DNA of 64,000 nt from a bacterium (GCA_963669175.1 OY769902.1:864001-928000); one strand, 5' to 3'. Shown: positions 10,113 to 22,251, numbered from the stretch's first letter. Numbers and translations are program-made. The notes: generated by a model not told the origin, from the letters alone.

Positions 10113-11075
10113 TCATTGTTGCTGTACTGGCACATAAATCAGTTTTTCGAGCAGGCGACCGATAGCGTGAAGCGTTTCGCTGTTACATTGTTCTGCAGTG
10201 TCTGAATGTGAGTGCCTGTAGGGATAATCCTGATCCACAATTGCACATGTTGGAATTCCACCTTTTACCAGGAAAGTGTGGGCTCCCAGTATCCGTTTCC
10301 CCATAGCAACCTGAAACCAGTCCGGTTCTGCGGCATGTGCAGCGACAAATACATTCGTTGTCCATTCCGGGTATTCGGTCAGGCACTGTTCTTCTTCCAT
10401 GAACAGTGGAGATGCAGCGCCAACAGTATTCAGGGTGATTGTTCCAGAAGGGGCGCGTCCGGCGAAATGCGCCGCAAAGAATTCACTTCCTTTACACCAG
10501 CCTTCATAAGAACTGTCAACACCGGATTCTTCCAGGTCAAAAACAACCAGGTCAACTCGAATTGGTGGTGGCTCGATTGCGAAAACACGGGCCAGTTCAA
10601 GCAGAATTGCCACGCCGGAAGTATTGCCGTTGGCGCCGGGGCATGGCTGATCCGAATAGTTGATATCAATTCCACTGCACCAGGAGCGCGTGTCGTAATT
10701 GGCGCAAAGCATCAGTTCGGCTTTGGCTCGTCTGGGACCAAACTGGGCAATAAGATTGATGCCTTTCTGCTTCCGGGTTTTTCCTTTTCCAAGAGGATCT
10801 GTGGGCAGTTTGGCATGGAAAACCTGCTGACGAACCTCAGCGCCACACTGCCTGAACCAGCCTTCGATATTTTCTCTGGCTTTTTCGTGTGCCTCGCTGC
10901 CGGGGTAACGTGGACCAAGCTCCACCAGCTTGTAGAGGAAATAAAACGCCTGTGCGCCATCAAATATTGGTTCGCGTGGCTGAAGGTTCTTCTCTGGTTG
11001 GGCGCACACGATGGAATTTGCAGCGGCAAGAACAATTACAACTGCGCTTGAAGTGTAGATGTACCGTCGAAACAT
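10113..11075 (-). CDS. M28 peptidase / glutaminyl-cyclase-like protein with degenerate metal ligands
   Basis: GPRYPGS, NLIA, LCANYDTR, GANGNTSGVAILLELAR, FDLEE, YRHSHSD. Confidence 0.8.
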   Translation of the reverse strand: MFRRYIYTSSAVVIVLAAANSIVCAQPEKNLQPREPIFDGAQAFYFLYKLVELGPRYPGSEAHEKARENIEGWFRQCGAEVRQQVFHAKLPTDPLGKGKTRKQKGINLIAQFGPRRAKAELMLCANYDTRSWCSGIDINYSDQPCPGANGNTSGVAILLELARVFAIEPPPIRVDLVVFDLEESGVDSSYEGWCKGSEFFAAHFAGRAPSGTITLNTVGAASPLFMEEEQCLTEYPEWTTNVFVAAHAAEPDWFQVAMGKRILGAHTFLVKGGIPTCAIVDQDYPYRHSHSDTAEQCNSETLHAIGRLLEKLIYVPVQQQ

Positions 11076-11076
11076 G

Positions 11077-11289
11077 TCACTCTTTATTGTGCTTCTTCAT
11101 GATTGCCTGCCAGGCAGACTCGTCAAGTTGCTCGGATTCATCGATCAACATTACAGGAATGCCGTCTTCTATGCGGTACATGCGACGGGAATGCGGATCT
11201 GTAGAAACCAGTGTATCACCGTCCAGCACCAGGGACGCTTTTGTCTCCGGGCAGACAAGTATATTCAGCAATTCTTTGTTGAAAGGCAT
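11077..11289 (-). CDS. Trm112/YcaR family protein
   Basis: LLNILVCPETKASL...YRIEDGIPVMLIDE. Confidence 0.9.
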   Translation of the reverse strand: MPFNKELLNILVCPETKASLVLDGDTLVSTDPHSRRMYRIEDGIPVMLIDESEQLDESAWQAIMKKHNKE

Positions 11290-11487
11290 TTTTCTCTCCA
11301 TGATCGTGGTTGCACAGAGGAGTGTAGGTAGGAAATCGAAATTTCGCAAGCGGAAACAGGGGCAATGCTGATTCGACTCATGAATCGATCCACAAGAATG
11401 ACAAAAAACGGTTTACATCGTTATCAATGCCACTTAGCTTATGTTACGGAGCCGAAGACCGGAAGGCGTATTCGCTGGGAGGATAAG

Positions 11488-12903
11488 ATGAATTCCATGG
11501 ACAGATTTTTCGTTATAACGGGGCTACTCCTCATGGGAGCCTGTTCGGCGTTCGGGCAACTTTCCTATCCGGAAAGCGCGGTTTATGATGGGCTTTACAA
11601 TCGATACCTGGTGTCCAATGTGGGCAACAATACCATTTACCAGATTCAACCGCAGGGTGAAGACAGTGTCTGGGTGAGTGAAGGATTAACCCAGCCAAAA
11701 GGAATGGTTATTGAAAACGGGATTGTTTATGTCACCAATGTGACCGTAGTAAAAGGCTTTAACCTGAATACCGGCGAAGAGGTTTTCTCGCTGACAATCG
11801 AAGACGCAGAAGCGCTCAACGATATCGAAAGTGATGGCGGCTATTTATACGTATCCGATTTCACTGCGAACGTAATATTTCGGATCGACATCGAAGAAGA
11901 AACCGTAGAGACATGGGCTGCGAACGATCTGGATACCCCAAATGGCCTCCTGATTGACCCTGTATACGGAAGGCTTCTGATTGTGTCATTCCGCGATGAT
12001 TCGCCAATTCAAGCTGCCGACCTGGAGACAGGAGTTGTGTCGGATGTTTTACCAACGACCGGGTTCGACAATTTTGATGGGATGGCGCGTGATGGCGAGT
12101 ACAATGTGTACATCTCCTGTTGGGGTACAGGATCTGTTTACCGGTATGACGACGAATTCACCATGGACCCGGTAACCATCTCGGAAGGTCACGATGGCCC
12201 TGCCGATATCTGTTTCAATATTCCGGACAATTACCTTGTCATTCCAAACTTGAACGAAAATACTGTTTCCTTTGTCTATATGGGCCCTCCCGGTGTGATT
12301 TCCATTCCAGAAAACGGGTATGATTTCGGCCAGGTTGAACTGGGTGATTCTGCTTCGTGGATGATGGAAATCGAGAACCATGGTGAAGGTGTACTGGTGG
12401 TACGTGAAGTTGAAAGCTCGATCCCCGAAGTATTTTATACAGTTCCCTTTGATTCGTTTGTGATTGCTGCGGGCGGCAACGAGTATCTCGAGATTCGTTT
12501 TCGACCGCAGGTTACCGAGGGAAGACTGGCTGTTCTGGATATCTCTTCCAGCGATCCGGAAACACCTGTCGTGAACGTCATGGTACAGGGAAGCGGTATC
12601 GATACTGACGTTCCTGATACCCGAAAAGGAATACCGGACTCATACCGGGTCAGCAGTTTATATCCGAACCCTTTCAACCCCGAAACAACATTGGAAATAA
12701 GTTTGCCTGGCAAAACCCGGGTTCACGTGGAGCTGTTTGATGTACTTGGGCGACGAATAAAAACACTCGCTGCGGCACAGATGGAGGCAGGATATCACCA
12801 GGTTCACTTTGATGGATCGAACCTGGCAACAGGGATATACCTAATTCGTGTTTCTGCCCTAGGTTATGGCACGATTACTCGTAAGGCTACACTTGTTAAA
12901 TAG
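11488..12903 (+). CDS. SMP-30/gluconolactonase-like propeller + Ig-like domain + T9SS sorting domain
   Basis: PESAVYD, PKGM, LNDI, PNGL, DGM, GPADI repeats; YDFGQV Ig-like segment; YPNPFNP...GIYLIRV...LVK. Start set at ATG 11488 after GGGAGGA. Confidence 0.85.
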   Translation: MNSMDRFFVITGLLLMGACSAFGQLSYPESAVYDGLYNRYLVSNVGNNTIYQIQPQGEDSVWVSEGLTQPKGMVIENGIVYVTNVTVVKGFNLNTGEEVFSLTIEDAEALNDIESDGGYLYVSDFTANVIFRIDIEEETVETWAANDLDTPNGLLIDPVYGRLLIVSFRDDSPIQAADLETGVVSDVLPTTGFDNFDGMARDGEYNVYISCWGTGSVYRYDDEFTMDPVTISEGHDGPADICFNIPDNYLVIPNLNENTVSFVYMGPPGVISIPENGYDFGQVELGDSASWMMEIENHGEGVLVVREVESSIPEVFYTVPFDSFVIAAGGNEYLEIRFRPQVTEGRLAVLDISSSDPETPVVNVMVQGSGIDTDVPDTRKGIPDSYRVSSLYPNPFNPETTLEISLPGKTRVHVELFDVLGRRIKTLAAAQMEAGYHQVHFDGSNLATGIYLIRVSALGYGTITRKATLVK

Positions 12904-12975
12904 GGTATAATGATTTGCTGTTCAGGTTAAACAACTTTGTTCTGTGAAAAGAAGATGGCTGATTGGCAATACAGC

Positions 12976-13005
12976 AAAACAGAGGTGCAAAGCCTCTGTT
13001 TTTTT
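12976..13005 (+). terminator. Intrinsic terminator, possibly bidirectional
   Basis: AAAACAGAGG-tgcaaag-CCTCTGTTTTTTT. Confidence 0.65.
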
Positions 13006-13107
13006 ATTTGTATTCGTTTTGACCGTTTGAAAGCAAAACTTCATGGGACACATTCTCTGTACTTGCGATATTCTGGTCGGGAATGTGCAACATGAGGAGA
13101 ACGTGTG

Positions 13108-15195
13108 ATGGGACAACTTTACAATGACGGCGGCAAATTCAGTTGGTGGGCCAGCCTGAGCGTCCGGTTTAAATTACTGGGATTTGCGGCGCTGGTTGTT
13201 TCTTTATTGATCATTATCAACACGGTCATGTTCGTAAATATCTTCAGAAGCAACTCTATTACGACTCTGGTGCAAAAAGCTTCTGCCTTTACCGCATCCA
13301 GTGTTTCAACCATGAACCACGTGTCCACACTTCAGAAAACAGCCTCGTTTGACGAAGCATCCCTGGTTCAGGAAGCCGGCGAGATCCTCGCAGAGGGTGG
13401 CGACTATACCACAGCCCGTTTTTTCAAAACCATCCCGGTTGTCGCAGCCTGGCTTTCTACAGAAGCAGCGGCCAACATGGAAGGTATCGAATTCCAGGTG
13501 GCCTCTTTTAATGCACGAAATCCAGCCAACGACCCCAGAAACGATCCTGATACTAAAACAGGGGAATTTCGTGCTGCCCGGCTTACCGAAATGGAATCAG
13601 CAAATGGCGAGTCTGTCTGGGGTATAAACAAGAACAACAACTCCATCCATTTCTTTCGTCCGATTCACTTGAACGAAACCTGCATGATGTGCCATGGCGA
13701 TCCCGGAACCAGCCCCAACGGCGATGGCACAGATCTCCTTGGCTTCAAGATGGAAAACTGGCGACCAGGTCAGCTTCACGGCGCGTTTGAAGTTGTCATG
13801 CCCCTGGATGAGACTGATGCTGCTGTGGCGGGATTCACGATCAAAAATATTGCCTTGAATCTTCTTATCGGCGTAATCATGTTTGCTATTCTCGGGCTGA
13901 TGATCAAACGGTCCGTTCTCGTACCATTACAGAGACTGGGGGCCGATGCCGATGCAATTGCTGCGGGAAAACTGAACCACGAAGTAGTTGTTACCAGCTC
14001 AGATGAAATCGGCAAACTGGGATTTACATTTAAACAGATGGCCGGTGATTTGCGTGTCATGATAGGCGAAATCCTGAATGTCAGCGGCCGTATCGGGAAC
14101 ACGTCCAATACACTGTCCGGCATCTCTGCTACCACAGCATCCAGCGCAGAAGAGATGAATTCACAGGCACAAACAGTCGCTTCTGCCGCAGAACAGATTT
14201 CAACAAATGTCACCACAATCGCAGCGTCAGCAGAAGAAAGCAGCTCACTGGCCGAAAACATCACCCGGATGACACAATCCATGTCATCTTCCATGTATAC
14301 CATTGCCGGCAATGTCGGCGAAACTTCGGCTGGATTAACAAATGTTGCTAATTCTATTGATGAGGTAACCAGTGGTGTCCAGAGCATTGCTACTTCGATA
14401 GAAGAGTTAAGTGCATCAACACGTGAAGTCGAGAGTAACACCTCGAAAGCAAATATCATAGCAACTGATGCCAACCAGCGTAGTCATTATGCTGCGGATA
14501 CCCTTGGCAAGTTTGATACGGTTGTCAAAGAAGTCGCAAAAATTGTTGACACCATCAAGCATATCGCGGACCAGACCAATATGCTGGCGCTCAATGCCAC
14601 TATCGAAGCCGCCGGCGCCGGTGAGGCCGGGAAAGGATTTGCTGTGGTGGCCGCAGAGGTGAAGGAACTGGCACACCAGAGTGCGGAAGCGGCGGACATG
14701 ATCAATGATAAAATTACCGCTATGCTCAGTACAAAAGATGATGTTGATGCTTCGATAGACCAGGTGGCTGAAATTATTCGGAACCTGGCAGAAATCAACC
14801 AGTTTATCGCCGGGGCGACCACTGAACAGTACAGGACGGTTCAGGAAACCGCGGAAATCGTGAGCCGAGTATCACATAATGCCGGGACGGTTACAAACCT
14901 CTCGCAGAACATGTCCGAAAAGGTAGCTTCTATTGCGAAATCCTCGAATGAAACATCAGCGACAGTCGAGGAAGTAGCCAGCAACATCAATGAAGCCCTG
15001 GTTGCCATGAAAGACATTGCCCATATGATTAATGAAGCGGCTTCGGGGGTTGGCGACGTTACCCAGAATGTTCAGGGCATGAGCATGGCAACAGGAGAAA
15101 TTGCCGAGGGTGCAAGCAGAACCAAAGCCTCGGTTGATGAACTGAATACACTTGCTGCCAACCTTCAAAAACAGGTCAGCTCATTCCAGTTGTAA
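13108..15195 (+). CDS. Methyl-accepting chemotaxis protein with heme-c (DUF3365-like) sensor and HAMP
   Basis: Two TMs, ARNPAN and CMMCHG in periplasmic part, [44 protein letters not shown]. Confidence 0.92.
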   Translation: MGQLYNDGGKFSWWASLSVRFKLLGFAALVVSLLIIINTVMFVNIFRSNSITTLVQKASAFTASSVSTMNHVSTLQKTASFDEASLVQEAGEILAEGGDYTTARFFKTIPVVAAWLSTEAAANMEGIEFQVASFNARNPANDPRNDPDTKTGEFRAARLTEMESANGESVWGINKNNNSIHFFRPIHLNETCMMCHGDPGTSPNGDGTDLLGFKMENWRPGQLHGAFEVVMPLDETDAAVAGFTIKNIALNLLIGVIMFAILGLMIKRSVLVPLQRLGADADAIAAGKLNHEVVVTSSDEIGKLGFTFKQMAGDLRVMIGEILNVSGRIGNTSNTLSGISATTASSAEEMNSQAQTVASAAEQISTNVTTIAASAEESSSLAENITRMTQSMSSSMYTIAGNVGETSAGLTNVANSIDEVTSGVQSIATSIEELSASTREVESNTSKANIIATDANQRSHYAADTLGKFDTVVKEVAKIVDTIKHIADQTNMLALNATIEAAGAGEAGKGFAVVAAEVKELAHQSAEAADMINDKITAMLSTKDDVDASIDQVAEIIRNLAEINQFIAGATTEQYRTVQETAEIVSRVSHNAGTVTNLSQNMSEKVASIAKSSNETSATVEEVASNINEALVAMKDIAHMINEAASGVGDVTQNVQGMSMATGEIAEGASRTKASVDELNTLAANLQKQVSSFQL

Positions 15196-15223
15196 TTGTG
15201 AAAGCACAAAGGATTTCTACACG

Positions 15224-15247
15224 CGGCCCTGTTTCGGGCCGTTTTTT
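15224..15247 (+). terminator. Intrinsic terminator
   Basis: CGGCCC-tgtttc-GGGCCG-TTTTTT after MCP. Confidence 0.75.
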
Positions 15248-15494
15248 AGCGCTTCTGTATTCAAAGTAACAAATTGATAACCATAGCTTCGGAAGGCGAA
15301 AATAGGGACGGAATCGCAAAAGTCAGCCCATATTTCTTCTTTCGTGAAATCCCACGTTACTGTTAAAACATCTTTTGTCAAGCAGAAGTAGAACTTCTGA
15401 ATACTTTCACTGTTTCAACTCCGCCGGCAAGCATGCGCGAGAGCCAAAAACCAATGTGTCAGAGATCAACTATATAGTTGGAAAAAGAGATGGC

Positions 15495-15632
15495 AAAAAG
15501 GGACAGTTTCCTTTTCTATGAATACTTCGGGAATATTCTACATAAGCGCGAGGAAAAGGATCCCGTCCCCTTTTCCCGGCAATCTCTATTATGTCGTAAT
15601 AAAATCGAGAACAGCCTTACAAGAACTGTTTT
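15495..15632. repeat. GGGACAG/GTCCC palindromic intergenic repeat; empty paralog of the IS110 target
   Basis: Closely similar to 22538-22652 joined to 24025-24047 (AGCGCGAGGAAAAGGATCCCGTCCCCTTTTCCCGGCAATCTCTATTATG identical). Confidence 0.9.
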
Positions 15633-15775
15633 CATCAATACTCATTTTGTCCCTGGTGAATCGTGTTTGTTGGAAAGTTGACTTGGCATAAGACGTCAAG
15701 TTCAATAAAATGAGATATGTCCTGCTTGATAGTACTCGACAAGTGGAACCATTCACTTCATGAGGGAGGGGTGAT

Positions 15776-17014
15776 ATGCACATTCGAAAGCTGTGTTTGG
15801 TAACGGTAGTATTGTTTTTGGTCAGGGTGTATCCGTTGTTCGGTATCGAGTTAATCGGTTATATCGACACTCCGGGTGAAGCCAGGGATGTGGCATGTAC
15901 GGGTGACTACGCTTATGTCGCCTCAGCATACAGCCACCTTGTGATTTTATCCATTTCCGATCCGGCCAACCCCACAGAAATTGGTTCAATTAACCCCGGG
16001 GCATCGACAAAGGGTGTTACTGTTTTGGGAGACTATCTTTACACTTCAAATTGGATCGGTGGCTTATCTGTAATGTCGATTTCCGATCCGGCTAACCCAC
16101 AATTCATGGGAACCTATGATACAGGGGATGATGCTCAGTCCGCTGTCATCAGGGGTAATTACGCCTATGTCGCAGATGGATCAGATGGGATGGTAGTTGT
16201 TTCCATAGAAGATCCCGCCAATCCATCACTGGTGTCGAATTATGCGTATGATGGTGACACACGTGAGGTTGCCCTGTCTGGAGAATATGCGTATTTGGCG
16301 CAGGGGTCATATGGGTTGCGTGTTGTGTCCATTGCTGATCCGGCCGATTTGACAGAAGTGGGTTCATTTGAAACATCGCGTGGCGAAGCTATCGCTGTAT
16401 CTGGGGATTACGCCCTGATGCCGAGCCGAGAAAACGGGTTTTATATACTATCCCTGGCAGACCCGACTACCCCGGAAGAGCTGGGACATGTCATGCTGTC
16501 GAACAATGCTGTTGATGTTGCTGTTTCGGGAACCAATGCTTTTGTAGCGGCACGTGAAAACGGCCTGTATATCATTTCATTCGCCGACCCAACCAACCCG
16601 GTTGTCGTGGATTCATTTAATACCGATGGTACGACAATAGGCGTATATCTCTATAACGACATGGTGTTCCTGTCTGATTATACCAATGGTGTTGTTATCC
16701 TGGATGCTTCAGACTACACCAACACACCTGAGCAGGAACCTCCTGTGCTTACCGGTTGGGAGTTATCTCCTGCCTATCCAAATCCATTCAACGCAACCAC
16801 TCGTTTATCCTATACCATTCCAACTGCGACAGAAATCATGTTTGATGTGTACAACACAAATGGCCGCTTGATTTCCAGAAACGTGCAAGGAGTCCAAACT
16901 GCAGGAAGACATGAATTGGTGTGGCACGCAACTGGTCTTGCAAGCGGCACATATCTGTTACGTGTCAACGCTGGTGGATTTACTCAAACAAGAAGAGTTG
17001 TCCTGATGAAATAA
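15776..17014 (+). CDS. LVIVD-repeat protein with T9SS sorting domain
   Basis: Repeats of GxYAYVA...GLxVxSIxDPxNP; AYPNPFNA...GTYLLRV...VVLMK. Confidence 0.9.
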   Translation: MHIRKLCLVTVVLFLVRVYPLFGIELIGYIDTPGEARDVACTGDYAYVASAYSHLVILSISDPANPTEIGSINPGASTKGVTVLGDYLYTSNWIGGLSVMSISDPANPQFMGTYDTGDDAQSAVIRGNYAYVADGSDGMVVVSIEDPANPSLVSNYAYDGDTREVALSGEYAYLAQGSYGLRVVSIADPADLTEVGSFETSRGEAIAVSGDYALMPSRENGFYILSLADPTTPEELGHVMLSNNAVDVAVSGTNAFVAARENGLYIISFADPTNPVVVDSFNTDGTTIGVYLYNDMVFLSDYTNGVVILDASDYTNTPEQEPPVLTGWELSPAYPNPFNATTRLSYTIPTATEIMFDVYNTNGRLISRNVQGVQTAGRHELVWHATGLASGTYLLRVNAGGFTQTRRVVLMK

Positions 17015-17107
17015 GCGGTGTTGATGGAGATATCGGGACGGGCAGAAATTCCTAACCTTGAAACATCTGTCTGTCCCGTTTTTTTTTGTATGTATTATGC
17101 TCACCAA

Positions 17108-18001
17108 TCAGGCTTCCAATGTCCTGGGACGTTGAAAGGGTGAAGCAAACAAAGGTGTAGCAGAACGCACAAAGAAAGCGTCTTCGTCGGGTGTTATCGG
17201 CTGTTGTTCCAGATCCGGATGGTCCATCAGGCCCAGCTTATCGGGGGTGAAATGGAAAATGATGTCACTGGTTGGTGGGACCGGAATCGCATGTTGAATA
17301 GCAGCAAAGGAAACAGGTTTGTGGCTGATGATATCATACAGGTGGAGTGTTGTCCCCTGCCACTGCATGAACAACAGGCATTCCGGATCTGACAGCTTGA
17401 AAAGCGAATCCGGCACCAGGTACATGGCATGGAAAAGGAAGATATCTTCGCCTTCCAGAACGCCAAATCTGTTGGATACAGGGACGCGTTGTTTTACAAA
17501 ACGCCTCACCGTTGCACGTATTTCCTCATCATTCAGATCAAGTTGTTCAAGGTCAGTAAAGTCCGCAGTATCTGATTGTAATGCCAGGCTGAAATGGGTT
17601 TCGGTTACCTGTTGAAAATCGAATCGTGGATAGAAGTCAAAGGTGCTGTTGTTGGCAAAGAGGAAGAACAGGTCTGTATCGGCCTTGTACGTCTCTATCA
17701 CCTGTTTCATGAGCGTAGCGGCATGTCCACGGCCACGATATTCCGGGTGAGTCATGACGGTGCCGATCTGGACGGCGCGACGTGGTTTTCCATCCAGCAT
17801 CAGGGTGAACCGGCTGGCAGACACATTGGCGATGGCGGTATCGTTCAGGAAAAGTGAAAAGGGGACATACCAGCTATCCAGGTATCCCAACTGGTAGAAC
17901 TCCTCGAGAGAAAAGCCGAAAACATTGTCCAGCAACCGGTTAAATGCCGTACGATGCTGGTCATTTGCCAGGTAATCGTGTGCCAACCTGATTTCCGCCA
18001 T
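17108..18001 (-). CDS. GNAT family N-acetyltransferase
   Basis: QIGTVMTHPEYRGRGHA, FYPRFDF; start after GGGAGAG. Confidence 0.88.
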   Translation of the reverse strand: MAEIRLAHDYLANDQHRTAFNRLLDNVFGFSLEEFYQLGYLDSWYVPFSLFLNDTAIANVSASRFTLMLDGKPRRAVQIGTVMTHPEYRGRGHAATLMKQVIETYKADTDLFFLFANNSTFDFYPRFDFQQVTETHFSLALQSDTADFTDLEQLDLNDEEIRATVRRFVKQRVPVSNRFGVLEGEDIFLFHAMYLVPDSLFKLSDPECLLFMQWQGTTLHLYDIISHKPVSFAAIQHAIPVPPTSDIIFHFTPDKLGLMDHPDLEQQPITPDEDAFFVRSATPLFASPFQRPRTLEA

Positions 18002-18092
18002 ATTATCTCTCCCTGGGATCCACTTCTGTTTACGAGATAGAAGCAAGATGGGAATAACGAGGATCAGATTTCAACACGACAGAGAAACGTCA

Positions 18093-18347
18093 TCAGGAGT
18101 GAATATTGGAAGAGGCGCCACGTCTAGCCTGCATTCTGTTTCTTATGGATTGATAACCCGTCTGCACACGTGTTTTCATCCCATGCAGCAGCGATCTGGC
18201 CCAAGTAAATTCTGTAGCCAGAATCGCCAGCCCGAGAGCGATAAACAGCAACCCCGGTCCCGGCAATACCAGTAACACGACACCGAAAAGTATCGTGGAT
18301 GTTCCGGAAATAAGCGCTATGGTTTTCTTTAGAGCTGTCGTTGCCAT
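18093..18347 (-). CDS. PGPGW-family small membrane protein
   Basis: GVVLLVLPGPGLLFIALGLAILATEFTWARSLL. Confidence 0.85.
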   Translation of the reverse strand: MATTALKKTIALISGTSTILFGVVLLVLPGPGLLFIALGLAILATEFTWARSLLHGMKTRVQTGYQSIRNRMQARRGASSNIHS

Positions 18348-18725
18348 GTGTATCCATGTTGTTTCTTACAAGATGCTACCAATTACACCTTGCATGGCAA
18401 TAGCAGGTTTCGCAAAATTCGCCTGTTCTGAGGTTGGATAGAGCCGGTTGTTTGTCTACAAGGAATTCGCGTTCAACAATGTATCGTGGACGATCATGTG
18501 CCATTGGCAAACCAGAAGCACAACAATCCATTATATTTCATTTTACTTCAGCAATTAAACAGAAGCAGTCATTCTCATGTATTTGTTTGATTACACAATC
18601 CATAATAGTCACATAAGTAGCAAATTTTTCCATAGTTAGCCCCTCTGGAACCGCTACAATGCTATTGTGTTGGTCAGGATAAGGCTGTATACTTTACTCT
18701 GGTTCCTGGAACAACCGGAGACAAT

Positions 18726-21700
18726 ATGCCACGTTCCGATTCGCCACAACATTCGAACCCACCCAACGATATTCAATCAGATCAGCCTTCAGCGCTATCC
18801 GACGATCTTTACGCCCGCATGCTGGATATTTCGCCATCCAGCACAGTTATTCTTGACCAATCGGGGAAGATTCTGGTTGCCAATAAGGCATTTCATGGCT
18901 TGTGGAGATATAAGGACAGCTCGCAGACAGTTGGACAGGATTGTCAAACACTTCTCCATCTTGAGCCTGACCTTGAAAGACTGTTGGAAGGTGTCCTGAA
19001 GTCAAAGACCTGGCAGGGCGAATTTACCGGACGGAAGAAAAACAAAACCCTCTTGATGGTGGAAGCAACCGCGCACCTGGTATCCAACGGGCAGAACAAG
19101 GCAGATTTGATAGCGATCAACTTTGTTGAAGCCGGGCGAGAACAACTGCTTCGTCGTGCGTTGAAAAGCAGCGAAAAACGGTTCCTGGATCTGATTGAAA
19201 ATCTTCCGGAAGAAGTTCTTGCTCATGATATGAATGGAAATATAGTTCTTGCCAACGAACTGGCTCGCAAGAGTGCTGGCTATAGCAAAGAAGAAATCCT
19301 GAAATTGAATGTAGCCGATCTCGATGTCGGGGGACTGGACCTTGCAGAACGAGAGGCCTTCTGGCAAGGCATGGAGCCGGGGGTTCCGGTTCATGTCTTC
19401 AGCCAGATCAAACGGAAAAACGGGTTGATCATCGATGTCGAGCTTCATCTGAATAAAATTGAACTTGATGGACAACAGGTGGTTCTGATTATTGCGCGCG
19501 ATATCACAAGCAAGGATCGCGACAAGGCATTTATCCGTGAGAGTGAAGCACGTTACGCGGATATTTTTGAAGGTGTTGATTCTGGAATTATTTATGTGAA
19601 CAAGCTTGGCACGGTGTTGGATGTCAATGAACGCTTCACCGAAATCACCGGTATCCTGCCAGAACGTGTGTTAGGCAAATCCTCGTTTACTCTGGCAAAA
19701 ATGTTCTTGTCCATTCGCCAGATACCCTGGATTTTCAAAATCATCAAGACAGGTTTGACCGGGGAACAGATCGGTCGTTTTGAACTCGAATTCAATGGGA
19801 AAATGCTGGAAATCAGCACACGATCAGACCCGCAACGTGCCGGCGTGACAGGTGTTATAACAGATATCACTGATAGAAAGCAGGCTGAAAATGCAGTGCG
19901 TGAAAGTGAACGGAAATACCGTCGCCTGATCGAGATGTCCCCCTTTATCACTCACCTTCTTTCCTTACAGAAAGGAGTTGTGTTCTGTTCATCGGGCATG
20001 GAAAAAACTCTTGGCTATACCGAGGCAATGATTTCCGAAGATCCGTTTATCTTCTTTAAAAACATTCACTCGGAAGATCGGCCCCAATTTGACAAAGCGC
20101 TGCATAAGGCCATGCAAGGACACAAGGAGATAGTCCGTTACCGGGCAAGAAACCTGAATGGGGAATGGCGCTGGCTTGAGACGCGATTGTTTGATGCCCA
20201 CAGGCATGAAAACGATATCGTTATCGAATCAATATCGATAGATATTTCCGACCGGAAAAAGACAGAAGACGAACTGGAACGTCAACGCTGGATGCTGGCG
20301 GAAGCCGGGAGAATGGCACGTATTGGCGCATGGGAATACGAGGCTTATTCAGAGATATTCAGTGTTTCCAGGGAATGGCAGCAGATCGTGGGTGTTGACA
20401 AAGCCAACCTGACCCTCGAGGAAGTACTACAGATATCCCATCCCGACGATGCCACAGCCATGCATGATGAGTTTCAGCGTGCCATAAATGATAAAGATGA
20501 ATACCATCTGACCCAGCGCATTATTCGACCGGATACCGGTGAAACTCGCTGGATATTATGTCATGCTGAAGTCCAGATGAATGATCGTGGCGATTTCTCC
20601 GGCATGGTTGGCGCTATTCAGGATATTACCGATCAACGCCAGACCGAAGATGCCTTGCGACATGCTCAGAAAATGGACGCTGTAGGCCAGTTGGCTGGAG
20701 GAGTTGCTCACGACTTCAACAACTTGCTGACAGCGATCATCGGATCTGCGGAACTGGCGCTGGGGCAAATCGAAGCGAACCACCCCCTGGTTGAGGATTT
20801 GCGTGAAATCAGCTTCACTGCAGACCGTGCCGCACAATTGACGAAAAAACTGCTTACCCTGAGTAGAAAACAACTTCCGCAGGTCACTCCTGTTAAAATG
20901 AACCATATCCTGCAGGATATGGAGAGGTTGTTGAAGCGCACCCTGGGAGAGCAGATTCTGTTTGAGTCCAGCTACGCGGACGACCTGTGGGCGATCTTGG
21001 GCGATTCCGGGCAAATGGAACAGATCATGCTCAATTTGGCGGTGAATGCGGTTGATGCCATGCCGGCAGGCGGAACACTGAAGGTTACTACCGAAAACGT
21101 CACCCTGGATCAAATGCAGTGCATGTTGTGTTCGGAATTCGTGTCGGGTGACTATGTCCAGCTAAGCGTGAAGGATTCCGGAACAGGAATGACGCAGGAG
21201 GTTCTGGAACGCATTTTTGAACCGTTCTTTACCACCAAGGAACAGGGAAAAGGAACCGGGCTGGGATTGGCCATGGTGTATGGTATTATGGTGCAGCACA
21301 GTGGTCATTTACGCCTTATCAGCCAATCTGGATCAGGTACGGAGTTTCAATTGTATTTTCCAAAAACAGCAGAGAAAATTGTTGATAAATCTGCCCAGGA
21401 AATAGATCCGCAAACCCTGTACGGCGAAGAGACGATCCTGGTTGTTGAAGATGATCCTATTGTTCGAAAAAGCGCCGTGCGTTCCCTGGCCCGCTTCAAT
21501 TACAAGGTCTTTTCCGCTGATTCTGCGTTAGACGCTCTTGCCAAAATAAGCGGTGAGGAACTGAAACCACATCTTATCGTTACTGATGTCGCCATGCCGA
21601 AAATGAATGGGCGAGAATTTGCCGACGAGCTGAAAGAACGCGGGATTTATACTCCGGTGTTGTTCATGTCCGGGTACGCGCGTGACCATATACAGGTGTC

Positions 21701-21794
21701 CGATATCCTGGATCATGGTATTCCGTTCATAGCCAAACCATTCAAACTACTGGATCTTATTAAGAAAGTTCGGGAAATCCTGGATTCCCTGTAA
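18726..21794 (+). CDS. Cytoplasmic multi-PAS hybrid histidine kinase with receiver domain
   Basis: Several PAS/PAC units, [43 protein letters not shown]. Confidence 0.95.
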   Translation: MPRSDSPQHSNPPNDIQSDQPSALSDDLYARMLDISPSSTVILDQSGKILVANKAFHGLWRYKDSSQTVGQDCQTLLHLEPDLERLLEGVLKSKTWQGEFTGRKKNKTLLMVEATAHLVSNGQNKADLIAINFVEAGREQLLRRALKSSEKRFLDLIENLPEEVLAHDMNGNIVLANELARKSAGYSKEEILKLNVADLDVGGLDLAEREAFWQGMEPGVPVHVFSQIKRKNGLIIDVELHLNKIELDGQQVVLIIARDITSKDRDKAFIRESEARYADIFEGVDSGIIYVNKLGTVLDVNERFTEITGILPERVLGKSSFTLAKMFLSIRQIPWIFKIIKTGLTGEQIGRFELEFNGKMLEISTRSDPQRAGVTGVITDITDRKQAENAVRESERKYRRLIEMSPFITHLLSLQKGVVFCSSGMEKTLGYTEAMISEDPFIFFKNIHSEDRPQFDKALHKAMQGHKEIVRYRARNLNGEWRWLETRLFDAHRHENDIVIESISIDISDRKKTEDELERQRWMLAEAGRMARIGAWEYEAYSEIFSVSREWQQIVGVDKANLTLEEVLQISHPDDATAMHDEFQRAINDKDEYHLTQRIIRPDTGETRWILCHAEVQMNDRGDFSGMVGAIQDITDQRQTEDALRHAQKMDAVGQLAGGVAHDFNNLLTAIIGSAELALGQIEANHPLVEDLREISFTADRAAQLTKKLLTLSRKQLPQVTPVKMNHILQDMERLLKRTLGEQILFESSYADDLWAILGDSGQMEQIMLNLAVNAVDAMPAGGTLKVTTENVTLDQMQCMLCSEFVSGDYVQLSVKDSGTGMTQEVLERIFEPFFTTKEQGKGTGLGLAMVYGIMVQHSGHLRLISQSGSGTEFQLYFPKTAEKIVDKSAQEIDPQTLYGEETILVVEDDPIVRKSAVRSLARFNYKVFSADSALDALAKISGEELKPHLIVTDVAMPKMNGREFADELKERGIYTPVLFMSGYARDHIQVSDILDHGIPFIAKPFKLLDLIKKVREILDSL

Positions 21795-21906
21795 GCATCA
21801 CCTCCATTCTCGGTTTCGTAAATCAAAGGTTGCGATTCTCCGCGTTAATTGCTAAATCCATGTATGAATCGGGAAGTGGTTTTGATCAACACAACGGGCG
21901 ATACCC

Positions 21907-22161
21907 ATGAAGGAACACAAACAACAACACGATACCCAATCGCAACAGGGCAGGAATTCCGGCATGATTGTCTTCGCCGGTATTCTGATGGTTGCGGGCC
22001 TGATTATAAGCGTGATCAGTACCGTGGTTGTGTTGAAACTGTATTTCAGCAAAAAAGATGAAGCAGACCCGGTGATAGAGGAATCGTATATCGAACAGGT
22101 TGAGGCGTTACCCCTGGCGGAACTGCAAGCGCCTGACGGCTTGCTGGTGGAAATGGATTAG
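21907..22161 (+). CDS. Small single-pass membrane protein
   Basis: 84 aa, one hydrophobic helix, acidic tail. Confidence 0.6.
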   Translation: MKEHKQQHDTQSQQGRNSGMIVFAGILMVAGLIISVISTVVVLKLYFSKKDEADPVIEESYIEQVEALPLAELQAPDGLLVEMD

Positions 22162-22251
22162 TTCACGAAAGAAATGTTTCATGTTTGTGAAATCAGATTG
22201 AGATATTCCACGGTTTGATCTCAAACTCACACATTCTGATGCGACATTGTT

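Noticed and set aside
12960-13050. c-di-GMP-I riboswitch upstream of MCP
   Set aside because: GCAAA motifs present but no convincing tetraloop/receptor architecture; explained as a terminator
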